A stretch of DNA of 64,000 bases, taken from contig CAIYIS010000010.1 in assembly GCA_903926385.1 (NCBI GenBank), forward strand, positions 7,060-71,059, in the 5' to 3' direction. A program made the position numbers and the translations under genes. Origin of the DNA: an uncultured Bacteroidota bacterium. Its GTDB lineage: Bacteria; Bacteroidota; Bacteroidia; 2-12-FULL-35-15. The notes under the pieces were generated by a model. It made no database searches, was not told where the DNA came from, and saw only the letters and a program-made list of their open reading frames with translations. This document shows positions 39,564 to 49,113 of the stretch, one piece after another (the stretch's first letter is position 1; every line of letters starts with the position of its first letter).

Positions 39564-40595
39564 ATGAATTTTAAAAAAGGGGATAAGGTTAGATTTCTGA
39601 ATGAAAAAGGGGAGGGCGTAGTATGCGGAATAGTGAACAACACAACTATTAAAGTATCGGTAGATGGGTTTGAGATACCTTTTCAGAATACGGAACTTAT
39701 TTTAATTACAGACGAAAAGGTAAGTCCGGTAAGCACGAAAGAGGAAAAGGTTGAACAGAAACATCACATATCGAGACAACCGGAGGTATTGAAAACTGAA
39801 CCAAAGGAAGGAATTTATATTGCTATTTCGCCCGAGCGGGAAGATGATATTCAAAATACGGGTATGAATGTTTGGTTAATAAACAATACGGAGTATGAAA
39901 CTTTATTTAGTTTTTCCCTGCTTAGAAGTGAAAAGGCTATAACTATTCACACAGGAAAAACAGAGGCATGGGAATCGGTATTGATTGAAACTATTGCAAA
40001 AGGAGATATCGATAAACTATCGAACTTTAAAGTAGATATTTTGTTTTTCGATTTGAAGGAACATGTTCATCGATTTCCGATGAGTGAAATAAAGAAACTT
40101 AAAATCGTAAAATTGTACAAGAAAGATGCCTTTGAGTACAATGATTTGATTGATGCGATTGCTTATGTTATTCCTGTTTCAGACACCACGGATTATGGCG
40201 AGCAGTTGGAAGCTACCTTGGCCTCTACTAATTTTTCGGCCGTGCTTACTCAGAAACGAGGAGTTGAGGCTTCACAAAAGATGTCGAAACCTCATGCAAA
40301 CAATAATCCGGAGAATGAAATGGAAATAGATATTCACATAGAGGAATTGTTAGAAAATTACAGTAATTTATCGAATGGGGAAATATTAAAAATTCAACTC
40401 AATCATTTTCAAAGTGCCTTGGATAATGCTATATACGAACGATACAGAAAATTGATTGTAATACATGGAGTGGGAAAACTCTTGTTGAAACAAGAAGTTA
40501 GAAAGATATTATCTACCTACAATAATGTGAAGGTATATGATGCATCGTATGCCAAATATGGTTTTGGTGCAACGGAAATTATTATTAATCATTAA
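39564..40595 (+). CDS. DUF2027 plus Smr (MutS2-type small nuclease-related) domain protein
   Basis: The C-terminal ~80 aa (EIDIHIEELLENYS...KLIVIHGVGKLLLKQEVRKIL...YGFGATEI) is an Smr domain. N-terminal KGDKVRFLNEKGEGVV is typical of DUF2027. Confidence 0.75.
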   Translation: MNFKKGDKVRFLNEKGEGVVCGIVNNTTIKVSVDGFEIPFQNTELILITDEKVSPVSTKEEKVEQKHHISRQPEVLKTEPKEGIYIAISPEREDDIQNTGMNVWLINNTEYETLFSFSLLRSEKAITIHTGKTEAWESVLIETIAKGDIDKLSNFKVDILFFDLKEHVHRFPMSEIKKLKIVKLYKKDAFEYNDLIDAIAYVIPVSDTTDYGEQLEATLASTNFSAVLTQKRGVEASQKMSKPHANNNPENEMEIDIHIEELLENYSNLSNGEILKIQLNHFQSALDNAIYERYRKLIVIHGVGKLLLKQEVRKILSTYNNVKVYDASYAKYGFGATEIIINH

Positions 40596-40661
40596 ATATT
40601 TCACAGGCCTTTCTTATTTTTTAAAGTATTAATAATTGAACTAATTAATTACCTTTACACC

Positions 40662-41030
40662 GCAAGCCGTTCTATCGCTGCCTTTCTGATTACTGAAAGG
40701 GAGAGGAAAGTCCGGGCAACACAGAGCATCCCACTTCCTAACAGGAAGGATTCGTAGCAATATGAAGACAGCAAGTGCCACAGAAAATTACAGCTTTGCA
40801 GTAATGCGGAGTGATGGTGAAAATGTGAGGTAAGAGCTCACGGAAATGATTGGTGACAATTGTTTCGGGTAAACCTTGGGAGTTGAAAGACCAAATAAAC
40901 CGAAGCTTAAGAGCTGCTCGCTCAATTTCGGAGGGTAGGTTGCTTGAGTTGATTGGTGACAGTTAACCTAGATAAATGATGGAAACCTTTATGCTTGCAT
41001 AAAGGCACAGAACCCGGCTTACAGGCTTGC
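40662..41030 (+). ncRNA. rnpB: RNase P RNA, bacterial type A
   Basis: Universal blocks GAGGAAAGTCCGGGC (about 40700) and ACAGAACCCGGCTTA (about 41007). P1 pairing GCAAGCC (40662-40668) with GGCTTGC (41024-41030). T-run after the 3' end. Confidence 0.9.
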
Positions 41031-41034
41031 TTTT

Positions 41035-41976
41035 TTAGTTTTTCTTTCCGAGAAAATTAATCAGTATTTTGTTAAACAACTTAGGGTTTTCGAGTGCAGG
41101 CATGTGTGCGCAGTTGGGCATAACTTCCAGTCTGGCTGTTGTTCCGATATGCTGTTGCAATTCTTTTCCGATGTGCAATGGAATTAATTTATCGGCTTCT
41201 CCCCAAACCAATAATACCGGAATGTGGAAGAAATAATTTTGATTGGCATAAAGGTCTCTTGTGCTGTTTAGGGATTTTAGTAGTTCTTTCTTATCCTCAA
41301 CTTGCAAATTATACATGCTGTAAAACATTTCCTTTAAAATAAAGTTGGGTACAAATGGAGGTTTATGATAAGCTACCGCTAACAGTTTTTTTAATCCTTT
41401 ATATTGATTTGGTATTAACAGTTCCTCTAGTGAACTAACGTTGAATTCGCTTTTAGCTATTGTCTCATCTTTGTCAGAAAAATATTTTACGGGACTATCA
41501 ACAAGAACCAGTTTTTCTAATCTTCCTGAGTTTTGTAAGCCTAACTCGGCTGCAACAAGTCCTCCGTAAGAAACACCGCAAGCATTGAATTTATCAACAT
41601 GAAGCGTATCGAGTAATAATTGTAACGCTTCTACCTGATTCTTTATGGCATATACTTTAGGATTTGAATTGCTTTTGCCAAAGTAAAGAAGGTTAGGAAG
41701 AATCAAACGATAATTTACTGACAATTCCTGCACTTGTTGATACCATTGAAATTCTGTACTTGCCCCAAAGCCATGAATCAGTATTAGTACAGGTTTATTT
41801 TCCTCCGAATCCCAATAGTTAATTTTATAACCCGCTAGTTCAATTTCCTTTTGCTTTAATCCACTTTTAGAGAATTGACGAAAAATATATTTATTTAAGC
41901 TTTTTGGCACACTGCATGAATTAAACAAAATAAGAATTAAAAAAAGAATGAAAGTTGCTTTAATGTAGTTATACAC
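41035..41976 (-). CDS. Alpha/beta hydrolase
   Basis: Signal/anchor N-terminus, HGFGAS oxyanion region, nucleophile elbow GVSYGG, C-terminal CAHMP (catalytic His). Confidence 0.8.
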   Translation of the reverse strand: MYNYIKATFILFLILILFNSCSVPKSLNKYIFRQFSKSGLKQKEIELAGYKINYWDSEENKPVLILIHGFGASTEFQWYQQVQELSVNYRLILPNLLYFGKSNSNPKVYAIKNQVEALQLLLDTLHVDKFNACGVSYGGLVAAELGLQNSGRLEKLVLVDSPVKYFSDKDETIAKSEFNVSSLEELLIPNQYKGLKKLLAVAYHKPPFVPNFILKEMFYSMYNLQVEDKKELLKSLNSTRDLYANQNYFFHIPVLLVWGEADKLIPLHIGKELQQHIGTTARLEVMPNCAHMPALENPKLFNKILINFLGKKN

Positions 41977-42174
41977 AGTTGTGTGACAATTCGTTTTTGT
42001 AAAATTAGTGTATTTTTTATTAAGTATTCGAATTGGACAATTTGAAAAGCTAAATGTGATATTTAAGTATAAAAAGAACTATCTTCTTTTAAAATATTCC
42101 CTCTCCGTTACACCGTGCTCCTTGTCATTTGTAAAGACAGATTATTTGTGTTACCGTTTTTTTAAGTAAGTGGT

Positions 42175-42864
42175 TTATTTAATTAGGTTGGCTACCTGCT
42201 TTTCGTAGCTTCTTCCTATAGGTATTTCCTTATCTTGTAGGTGAATTATTTTATTACGCACATTCTCTATACGCGCAATAGGCACAATAAACGACCGGTG
42301 AACACGAATGAAGTTTTTTTGTGATAATTTATCTTCCATTGCTTTCATCGTAATCCGTGTTGTAACTCGTTTCTGACTCACCAAATAAATATGAATGTAA
42401 TCAGCCAGTGATTCGATATACAAAATGTCAGCTAAGGCGATTTTGACAAGGCTGTAATCTACGCGAACATAAATATATTGTTGGTCCTTCAAATCTTTAT
42501 TGCTCTGATAATAATAGTAATCTCTTGCTTTGTTTACCGCTACTTCGAATCTTTCGTATGTAAACGGTTTAACAATAAAATCAACAGCACTCAAATCAAA
42601 ACCATCAAGTGCATACTTGCTATGAGCTGTAATAAAAATAACCATCGAATTTTGCTCAATGGCTTTGTAAAGTTCAATCCCTGTTATTCCAGGCATGTCT
42701 ATATCTAAAAAGAGCAGGTCTACCGGAAACTTAAGAAGATGTTTTGCTGCATCGTCTGGTTTTGTAAATGTTTTTTCCAGTTGAATAAATTCAACTCGTT
42801 TGCAAAAGTGTTCAATCACTTTCAACGCCATTGGGTCGTCATCTATTGCAATTGCTTTAATCAT
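42175..42864 (-). CDS. LytTR-family response regulator (second copy, operon-terminal)
   Basis: Receiver (IAIDDD...LFLDIDMPGITG) plus a LytTR output domain (ILYIESLADYIHIYL...FIRVHRSFIV). Its start overlaps the upstream stop by 4 nt. Confidence 0.9.
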   Translation of the reverse strand: MIKAIAIDDDPMALKVIEHFCKRVEFIQLEKTFTKPDDAAKHLLKFPVDLLFLDIDMPGITGIELYKAIEQNSMVIFITAHSKYALDGFDLSAVDFIVKPFTYERFEVAVNKARDYYYYQSNKDLKDQQYIYVRVDYSLVKIALADILYIESLADYIHIYLVSQKRVTTRITMKAMEDKLSQKNFIRVHRSFIVPIARIENVRNKIIHLQDKEIPIGRSYEKQVANLIK

Positions 42865-44267
42865 GGTGTTATGGCTATGCCAATTAAAAATAAGTTATTT
42901 GTAAAAGTAAAATCACTGTATCGGGAACCTCTGTTTTCTAAACCATAGTTAATATAAACCCCCAGTTTATTATTAAAGTGATAATTTGCCCCAAGAGAAA
43001 ATTTGTCCTTTATAAAGAAGGGAGTATTGTTTACATAATATCCAGCATACTCCACCACATTTCCTTTAGTATTGTGCAGATAGTCGGCAGTAATACTTAA
43101 TTTTTTTAAAGGAACAAATGAAAGGTAAGGAGAATAAGATATAGAATTTGTTGCACCGAATGACTGAGCCCAATGTAAATATCCAATACAACCAATATTA
43201 AAAAAGTTATTTGCGAATGGATGATATTCTAATGAAGCACTAAATTGATATTCATTATGCCCTTTATTCAAATTAGCCAGTGCTCCTGCAGAACAGTCTA
43301 TGTAAATAAATGATTTTTTTAATGAGGAGGAAACAATGAAACTCGATACAGCAGGAATTGAATTCGAATTGCCCGGAACATTTTTAGTTACTTGATGAGC
43401 ATAAATTGTGTCAGGAGGAGGCACTACAGGAGGAGGCCCAAGTGTAGTTGGTTGAATATAATTAATTGTATAATCATCTGTTTTTAAATAATCCTTTTCA
43501 TAAATCCACTGTCCGCTCATTGAAAAGAGGAAATTGTTCTTTAAAGGAATGTTGGCTTTTAAATAATAATGATATTGCTTTATTGTGATGGAGCTTTTTA
43601 CAGTATCAGTTAACTTGATAATGCTGTCAGGCAAAGGTGCTCCAGGATATGCGGGAAGCAAATGAACCGTTTCATCGTTATGAACTTCGGTATTTCCGAA
43701 TTCATTTTGACTATTATAACTAAACGAATGAAATAAGGAGACACGATTTTTTGCATAATGCATTAGTCCAACCTCAAAGTAATTAGCAGTACTTATACTA
43801 TCATGATTGCTGCTAAGTTTTACAGCCCCTTCAATATTTGCATAGGTTAATTTCGGTGAGTTACTTGTACCTATCTTTTTCGCCAAGGTTTCTCTAAACG
43901 ATTTGCTTAACCACCTAGCTTCTTCATATTTTTCATCAAAGATCAAACAGTAATACAAGTAACTTGTAGCATCTTCATCACCTTCGTTATAGAGAAGAGC
44001 TTTCTTAAAATGTAATTCCGCTTTGCGGTATTTTTCCATTTCATAATTAGCTATACCCGCCCTCATACGAATAAAATAATAGTCAAAGCCCTTATCTATG
44101 ACTATATCGGTGTAACGAACAAGTTCTTTCCAGTTCTTGTTATTGTACAATTTCAACGATACAGATTCCACCTGAGCGGTTGTCAGGGTATCGTTAGGTT
44201 TTGCCTTAATTTCGGCTGCTATTAAAAACAAAACAAATACTATCCAATATTTACCGCCTCTATGCAT
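42861..44267 (-). CDS. Secreted TPR-like / beta-strand-rich protein (possible outer-membrane barrel), function unknown
   Basis: Signal peptide (YWIVFVLFLIAAEIKA), ~130-aa TPR-like helical region, internal PPPVVPPPD, then alternating-hydrophobicity strands to the C-terminus. Confidence 0.5.
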   Translation of the reverse strand: MHRGGKYWIVFVLFLIAAEIKAKPNDTLTTAQVESVSLKLYNNKNWKELVRYTDIVIDKGFDYYFIRMRAGIANYEMEKYRKAELHFKKALLYNEGDEDATSYLYYCLIFDEKYEEARWLSKSFRETLAKKIGTSNSPKLTYANIEGAVKLSSNHDSISTANYFEVGLMHYAKNRVSLFHSFSYNSQNEFGNTEVHNDETVHLLPAYPGAPLPDSIIKLTDTVKSSITIKQYHYYLKANIPLKNNFLFSMSGQWIYEKDYLKTDDYTINYIQPTTLGPPPVVPPPDTIYAHQVTKNVPGNSNSIPAVSSFIVSSSLKKSFIYIDCSAGALANLNKGHNEYQFSASLEYHPFANNFFNIGCIGYLHWAQSFGATNSISYSPYLSFVPLKKLSITADYLHNTKGNVVEYAGYYVNNTPFFIKDKFSLGANYHFNNKLGVYINYGLENRGSRYSDFTFTNNLFLIGIAITP

Positions 44268-46423
44268 TTATCTTTTTCTTTAATTGTAAATTTAATTATT
44301 TTGTTATTGGCTAATTCTATCTCAAAAAGGATTTCTTTTTTGCGCCCACCCATCAATTGGGTATTCACTTCCGAGTTTATTATAATTTCATTTGGTGCCT
44401 GTGTTTCGTCAGCGTGTTTGTAAATTGCTTTATAATTTGCTTTCAGAAATATATAAAACGGGGCTACAAAATCCTGTATAATTTTTAATGCGTTGTTGCC
44501 ATAGGTTTCTACAGGAAGATTTTCTTCGAGTTTCAATTCGGGGAAATAACTTAACAATATTTTATTCGCTCCAAGATAGAAGTAGTAAAGCAGGGAGTCC
44601 TTTGTGCCGACATAACTTGTAAAGTAAAACAGAGTATCATTATTGGTAAAATAAGCAATCGCCTTAGTTTTGTTACAGTATAAATAAGAGTTGTTATATG
44701 AGTCTGTACAAACCAGCCAGCTTTCTGTACTTTTATTATTTCCGTTTTTTACTTCAAATTTTAATTCCATTCCGGGAATAAAATGGAATGCTTGTTTTAT
44801 CAATGGAGAAACAGAAGGACGGAAAATAGTTTCCTTTTCGTTTGGTAATTCAAACGAATGTAACAAATACCCCTCTTTTTCTTTTGTTACATAATAACTC
44901 AACGGGTATTTTAAAGTTTTAGAGCCAATCTCTTTTGTTTCCTGTAATTGAAAATGAATGTGAGGTTCGGGAGAACGACCGGAACTGCCGCACATGGCTA
45001 TCACATCACCTTTGTTCACATAATCTCCAATTTGCACCTTAAAACTATCTTTTTTGATATGACTTATTTTACTGAATAAATATTCTGAGTGTTTTATGAC
45101 AATGGTATTCCCCCAATTTTCATTTAAGTTTACATCACCTATGGTATTATCTTCGACACCATCAACCAACGCAACAACAGTTCCATGTGCCGGTGCTAAA
45201 ACAGGTAATCCGTAACAATAAAAATCGGTTAGATCATCACCCGGCAAGCGGAATGTTCTTTTGTGTTCATCTGTCACAACAAAATCCCAGGCAAATCTGA
45301 AATCATTTTTGTGAGTAATCTTTCCGTCATGAGCTTGCGAAACGTGCCATTCTCCATAAAAAGGAAGGTGAATGTTTACCAACGTGTGCTTTTTGAAACG
45401 CTCTAAATGAAAATCGAAACCGTACAGATTTTTCTCCGGTGAAAACAATTGGTATTTTACAACATAAAAATATTTGATGATATACCTGTTATTAAGTGTA
45501 ATCAATACGATGAGCACAAAAAAACTGAATGGAAGCGAGTACAAAGGCAAATGATAAGGTTCAATTATTTTTGCAAATGCAGTAATAATGAATGCCTGAA
45601 TGGGAGTTGAAAAAATTACAAGTAGGTAAGTTGCAGCAGAAGGAATAAGAAAAAAACCTCCAATAGCAATTGCTGTAAGTATATAATTAATTGCAATAGC
45701 GTTGTAGCCAGATTCAATTGAGTTGTGTTGAAAAATGAAATAGAAAACATATCCGGAAAGAAATCCAATGAAGGACAAAGTAAATGCTATGCGAGAATAA
45801 ATCAGCAAGCCAACTGTTATCAATATGCCGGAAAAAATATTGTGTTGAAAAAAGATTGCTCCCATTGATTTGAAATAAGAAACAAACAATGGAGTTAAAG
45901 CAAAAGAATCTAACAACTTGCGGAGGCTCACAAATGAGATAGAGAAAAGTCCGAATAAATCACCCGAGCAACAACCGGCAGGTGTATTCAAGTCTAAATT
46001 TGTAAATGATTTTATTCCAAACAGAATAATCCATATCGAAAAAATATATGGCAAGCTTAGCATCGGCAGGCTGTATCGACTGAAATAGGAAAATAACCAA
46101 ACACTCATTAACAATGTAATGACCGTAGCCACAAAAAGCAAAAGCAAAAAGGGCAATGAGATTTGGCAAAAGGCGCCCAGCGTTAATCCTGTGAGTAAAA
46201 CATTAAAAGAATAGGAACCAGCTTTTGTAAACGCAGGATTAAATCCAAGCAGAGAAGAAAGCATTAGTGAAAATACAACGCACACTAATCCGGATATTCC
46301 CGCATTCAGATTCACAAAGGAGGAAACTATCAACAGTATACCAAACCATCGGTAATCTGAAAAGAACACCTGACTGTAACTGTTGATAATTCCTTCTTTT
46401 ATATTTTTGAAATATTGACTCAC
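44240..46423 (-). CDS. Urea-transporter-like membrane domain fused to an M23 (LytM) metallopeptidase domain plus a ~230-aa unknown C-terminal domain
   Basis: N-terminal ~330 aa polytopic, beginning GIINSYSQVFFS (urea-transporter family opening motif). Central GDVIAMCGSSGRSPEPHIHFQLQ matches the M23 signature GSTGRSTGPHLHFE. I recognise nothing in the C-terminal region. Confidence 0.7.
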   Translation of the reverse strand: MSQYFKNIKEGIINSYSQVFFSDYRWFGILLIVSSFVNLNAGISGLVCVVFSLMLSSLLGFNPAFTKAGSYSFNVLLTGLTLGAFCQISLPFLLLLFVATVITLLMSVWLFSYFSRYSLPMLSLPYIFSIWIILFGIKSFTNLDLNTPAGCCSGDLFGLFSISFVSLRKLLDSFALTPLFVSYFKSMGAIFFQHNIFSGILITVGLLIYSRIAFTLSFIGFLSGYVFYFIFQHNSIESGYNAIAINYILTAIAIGGFFLIPSAATYLLVIFSTPIQAFIITAFAKIIEPYHLPLYSLPFSFFVLIVLITLNNRYIIKYFYVVKYQLFSPEKNLYGFDFHLERFKKHTLVNIHLPFYGEWHVSQAHDGKITHKNDFRFAWDFVVTDEHKRTFRLPGDDLTDFYCYGLPVLAPAHGTVVALVDGVEDNTIGDVNLNENWGNTIVIKHSEYLFSKISHIKKDSFKVQIGDYVNKGDVIAMCGSSGRSPEPHIHFQLQETKEIGSKTLKYPLSYYVTKEKEGYLLHSFELPNEKETIFRPSVSPLIKQAFHFIPGMELKFEVKNGNNKSTESWLVCTDSYNNSYLYCNKTKAIAYFTNNDTLFYFTSYVGTKDSLLYYFYLGANKILLSYFPELKLEENLPVETYGNNALKIIQDFVAPFYIFLKANYKAIYKHADETQAPNEIIINSEVNTQLMGGRKKEILFEIELANNKIIKFTIKEKDKCIEAVNIG

Positions 46424-46433
46424 AAAAACGTTA

Positions 46434-47798
46434 TTACAATTTAAATGTTTTTAAATATTTTGGCATTACCTCATCGCTCTGAATACTATTAAGTGTTTCG
46501 CGATTTCTGATCAGATGCGCTGTTTCGTTTGTGTCTATTAAAACAATAGCAGGCCGCAGCGCTATAAATTGCATCCATTGAGTCATATTGTAGGCGCCAA
46601 CTGAATGTACCACGACATTATCATTTCGCATTAACGGAGGCAAGGTAATATTTTCCCGTATAACATCTATGTTCATGCACAGAGGGCCATATAAAACCGA
46701 GTCTTCGGTATGCTGTCCGAATTCCTGAGCCGGGGAAATTTTGTGGTCGTACCAAAATGAGGTGAATAGTATGTTTACACCAAAATCCATAATTGTTGCC
46801 CGTCTTCCATCAGCCAACCTCTTGTTCGAAATCACACTTCCCAGCAAATATCCTGCATCATCGATTAAAGCTCTTCCTGTTTCGAGTATTAATAAAGGCA
46901 ATTCAGTTTCCGTAAAACCGGCATTTAATATCGAAGTTGTAATTGCTTCGGCAAATTGATCAAAGGTTGGAGAAGTATCTACACCTTGCAGGTACGAACC
47001 TTTGAGCGTATTTTTAGAAGCAAATCCTCCTCCCATATCAATGTACTGAATATTTTTTTTGAACTTCTTTTTTACGGCCATAGCCAAATCAGAGAGTTTG
47101 GCTGCGGCAATTCCATAAGCACTTGGAGCCAGCATAAATGTACCGATGTGAGAATGCAACCCAACTAAATCCATTTTATCATTGAGCATAATTTTATTAA
47201 TCGCATCCCAAGCTTGTCCATTCTCATAGTTAAACCCAAATCTGTCCCACATAGGATAAATACCTGTATCCATGTTTACACGAATAGCTACACGTGGACG
47301 TTTTTTTGAATTGTTTGCAATTTCCATTATCATATACAACTCATCCAGATGGTCGATGTGCAAAAGCGAATCATTTTTAATGGCTAATGTTAAATCCTCT
47401 TCTGATTTGTCGGGGCCGTTGAAAATTATTTTGCTTCCCGGCACTCCATTCTGCAAAGCTTTGTGGTATTCAAATCCGGAAACCACTTCGGCCCAGGAAC
47501 CCAATTGATGAAATACATTACACACTGCATTCATATAATTGGTTTTGTATGACCACGCGAACTGCACCTTTGGATAACGATTCTTAAATGCTCTGTTAGC
47601 ACTTTGGTATGTATCACGAATGGTTTGTTCTGAAATCACGAACAGCGGAGAACCATATTTAGCTAACAATTCCTTTACTGAATTACCATCAATATGTGTT
47701 ACAGGTTTGTATTCTGTTTTGGTTCCGAATTTATTCATTACCCCTGTATTCAATCTTTGAATAATAGGTCTTTCGTATTGCAATTTTTTTGTTGACAT
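46434..47798 (-). CDS. PLP-dependent decarboxylase, Orn/DAP/Arg decarboxylase family 2 (alanine-racemase fold)
   Basis: FAWSYKTNY (PLP-Lys position), DMGGGFAS (GGGF phosphate loop), ETGRAL (EPGR-equivalent), YGPLCMNID (active-site Cys). 454 aa. Confidence 0.8.
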   Translation of the reverse strand: MSTKKLQYERPIIQRLNTGVMNKFGTKTEYKPVTHIDGNSVKELLAKYGSPLFVISEQTIRDTYQSANRAFKNRYPKVQFAWSYKTNYMNAVCNVFHQLGSWAEVVSGFEYHKALQNGVPGSKIIFNGPDKSEEDLTLAIKNDSLLHIDHLDELYMIMEIANNSKKRPRVAIRVNMDTGIYPMWDRFGFNYENGQAWDAINKIMLNDKMDLVGLHSHIGTFMLAPSAYGIAAAKLSDLAMAVKKKFKKNIQYIDMGGGFASKNTLKGSYLQGVDTSPTFDQFAEAITTSILNAGFTETELPLLILETGRALIDDAGYLLGSVISNKRLADGRRATIMDFGVNILFTSFWYDHKISPAQEFGQHTEDSVLYGPLCMNIDVIRENITLPPLMRNDNVVVHSVGAYNMTQWMQFIALRPAIVLIDTNETAHLIRNRETLNSIQSDEVMPKYLKTFKL

Positions 47799-47814
47799 TG
47801 TTTTTAGTTTTTAA

Positions 47815-48864
47815 TTATAATTCCCCTAGGGTTGATATTGTTTCAAATTCTTTTAAAGATACTATCATATCGTACGAATAGCGAATAAACATCTTTCCGA
47901 TATCGTATTTTTTAAATGGTTTTACAGGTTTGCCCAAAGCCAGCTGAACCAAAGCATCCGGATGGTTTTGCCCGCAACCAACTGCCAAATATACCCAAGC
48001 AGGAAAGCGGGGATTTATTTCCAAAAGATAGTAGTCGCCTTTAACTGTTTTTATAATTTCCAGCTCCATACCACCCTTCCATTTAGTAGATTTAATAAGC
48101 TGTTTGGTCATAGCCATCAAGTTTTCATCTTCAATCGAAATTCCTGACCATGCTTTTCCTTTATCCGTTATATATTGTTTACGCATCGGTACAGCACCTA
48201 TCGTGTTTCCTTTTCCATCACCCAATGCAGTAACATTTACTTCCTGTCCCGTAACAAATTCCTGAATGATGATGGGTAATCCCCATTTCGCACTGATCTT
48301 ATTGAAATAAGTATGTGCCTGTTCCTGGTTATATGCAATGTATGCGTCATAAAATTTACCTTTCACCACCATTGGATAAGTGAACTCACTAACAAGAGAA
48401 GGAATAGATGCTGCGCTGAATATAACCTTCCCGTATGGAACTTTTATCTTATGCTTCTTACCATAAGCAGAAAGATTGGCTTTATGCCTGTCTTCAAACT
48501 GAGCAAGAGTAGGTACAAAAACGTTAATGTTCAATTCCTTTTTTAATTTGTCCGAAAGCGTAATAAAATTAAATAATTCAGCATCGAAGTTCGGAATGAT
48601 AACATCAATTTTTTCCACGGAATGAATATACTGCAAACGTTCCATGAGACTTGCTTTACCGGCAGAAGGCAATGGAATCTGATAGGTTTTATCCACCAGT
48701 TCGTGCATGTAAATTCCGGGCTCCAATGCTTCGTATGATAATCCGACAATGCGGACATCAAACACTTTGCTTTCTTTCAACGCCCTGATAACAGGTATTC
48801 CCGGCCCTGGGCTGTCTATATTGTTAAGCCCGGTAACAGCCACATTAATTTTTTTCTTTCTCAT
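47815..48864 (-). CDS. ATP-grasp ligase (carboxylate-amine/peptide ligase type)
   Basis: MVVKGKF...IIQEFVTGQEVNV...YLLEINPRFPAWV follows the ATP-grasp K...E...E-x-N-P-R layout. Its start overlaps the PqqD-like gene by 20 nt. Confidence 0.75.
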   Translation of the reverse strand: MRKKKINVAVTGLNNIDSPGPGIPVIRALKESKVFDVRIVGLSYEALEPGIYMHELVDKTYQIPLPSAGKASLMERLQYIHSVEKIDVIIPNFDAELFNFITLSDKLKKELNINVFVPTLAQFEDRHKANLSAYGKKHKIKVPYGKVIFSAASIPSLVSEFTYPMVVKGKFYDAYIAYNQEQAHTYFNKISAKWGLPIIIQEFVTGQEVNVTALGDGKGNTIGAVPMRKQYITDKGKAWSGISIEDENLMAMTKQLIKSTKWKGGMELEIIKTVKGDYYLLEINPRFPAWVYLAVGCGQNHPDALVQLALGKPVKPFKKYDIGKMFIRYSYDMIVSLKEFETISTLGEL

Positions 48865-49105
48865 AGCTTTCTGTCAAATTATGTTTATCTAACATGTTAA
48901 TGAAATCATAACTGTCTTTTTCAAATGTGGCTCCATCTACGTTATACTTTTTAGTTATCGCAGATTTTATCTCCCCTCTGCTCTTACCTTCTTTGAGCAT
49001 AGTAATAATTTCCAATCCTATCGGATTAGTAGTAAATGAATCTCCTGTAGAAGGATCGAAGACAAATCCTGATTCGCTAAGAGCGATGTTCTTTTTAATT
49101 TTCAT
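48845..49105 (-). CDS. PqqD-family small protein (RiPP-recognition-element-like)
   Basis: 86 aa. FTTNPIGLEIITMLKEGKSRGEIKSAITKKYNVDGATFEKDSYDFINMLDKHNL follows the PqqD winged-helix pattern (ligand-strand, helix, 'eI...l...y.v......D...Fi..L...'). Confidence 0.6.
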   Translation of the reverse strand: MKIKKNIALSESGFVFDPSTGDSFTTNPIGLEIITMLKEGKSRGEIKSAITKKYNVDGATFEKDSYDFINMLDKHNLTESYEKEKN

Positions 49106-49113
49106 AATTTTAG

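Noticed and set aside
47815-49105. Classifying the ATP-grasp/PqqD pair as a microviridin/graspetide cluster
   Set aside because: I could not find an adjacent precursor ORF with a graspetide-like core. Known graspetide ligases do not, to my knowledge, depend on a separate PqqD protein, and the linked PLP decarboxylase does not fit. The question is left open rather than assigned.
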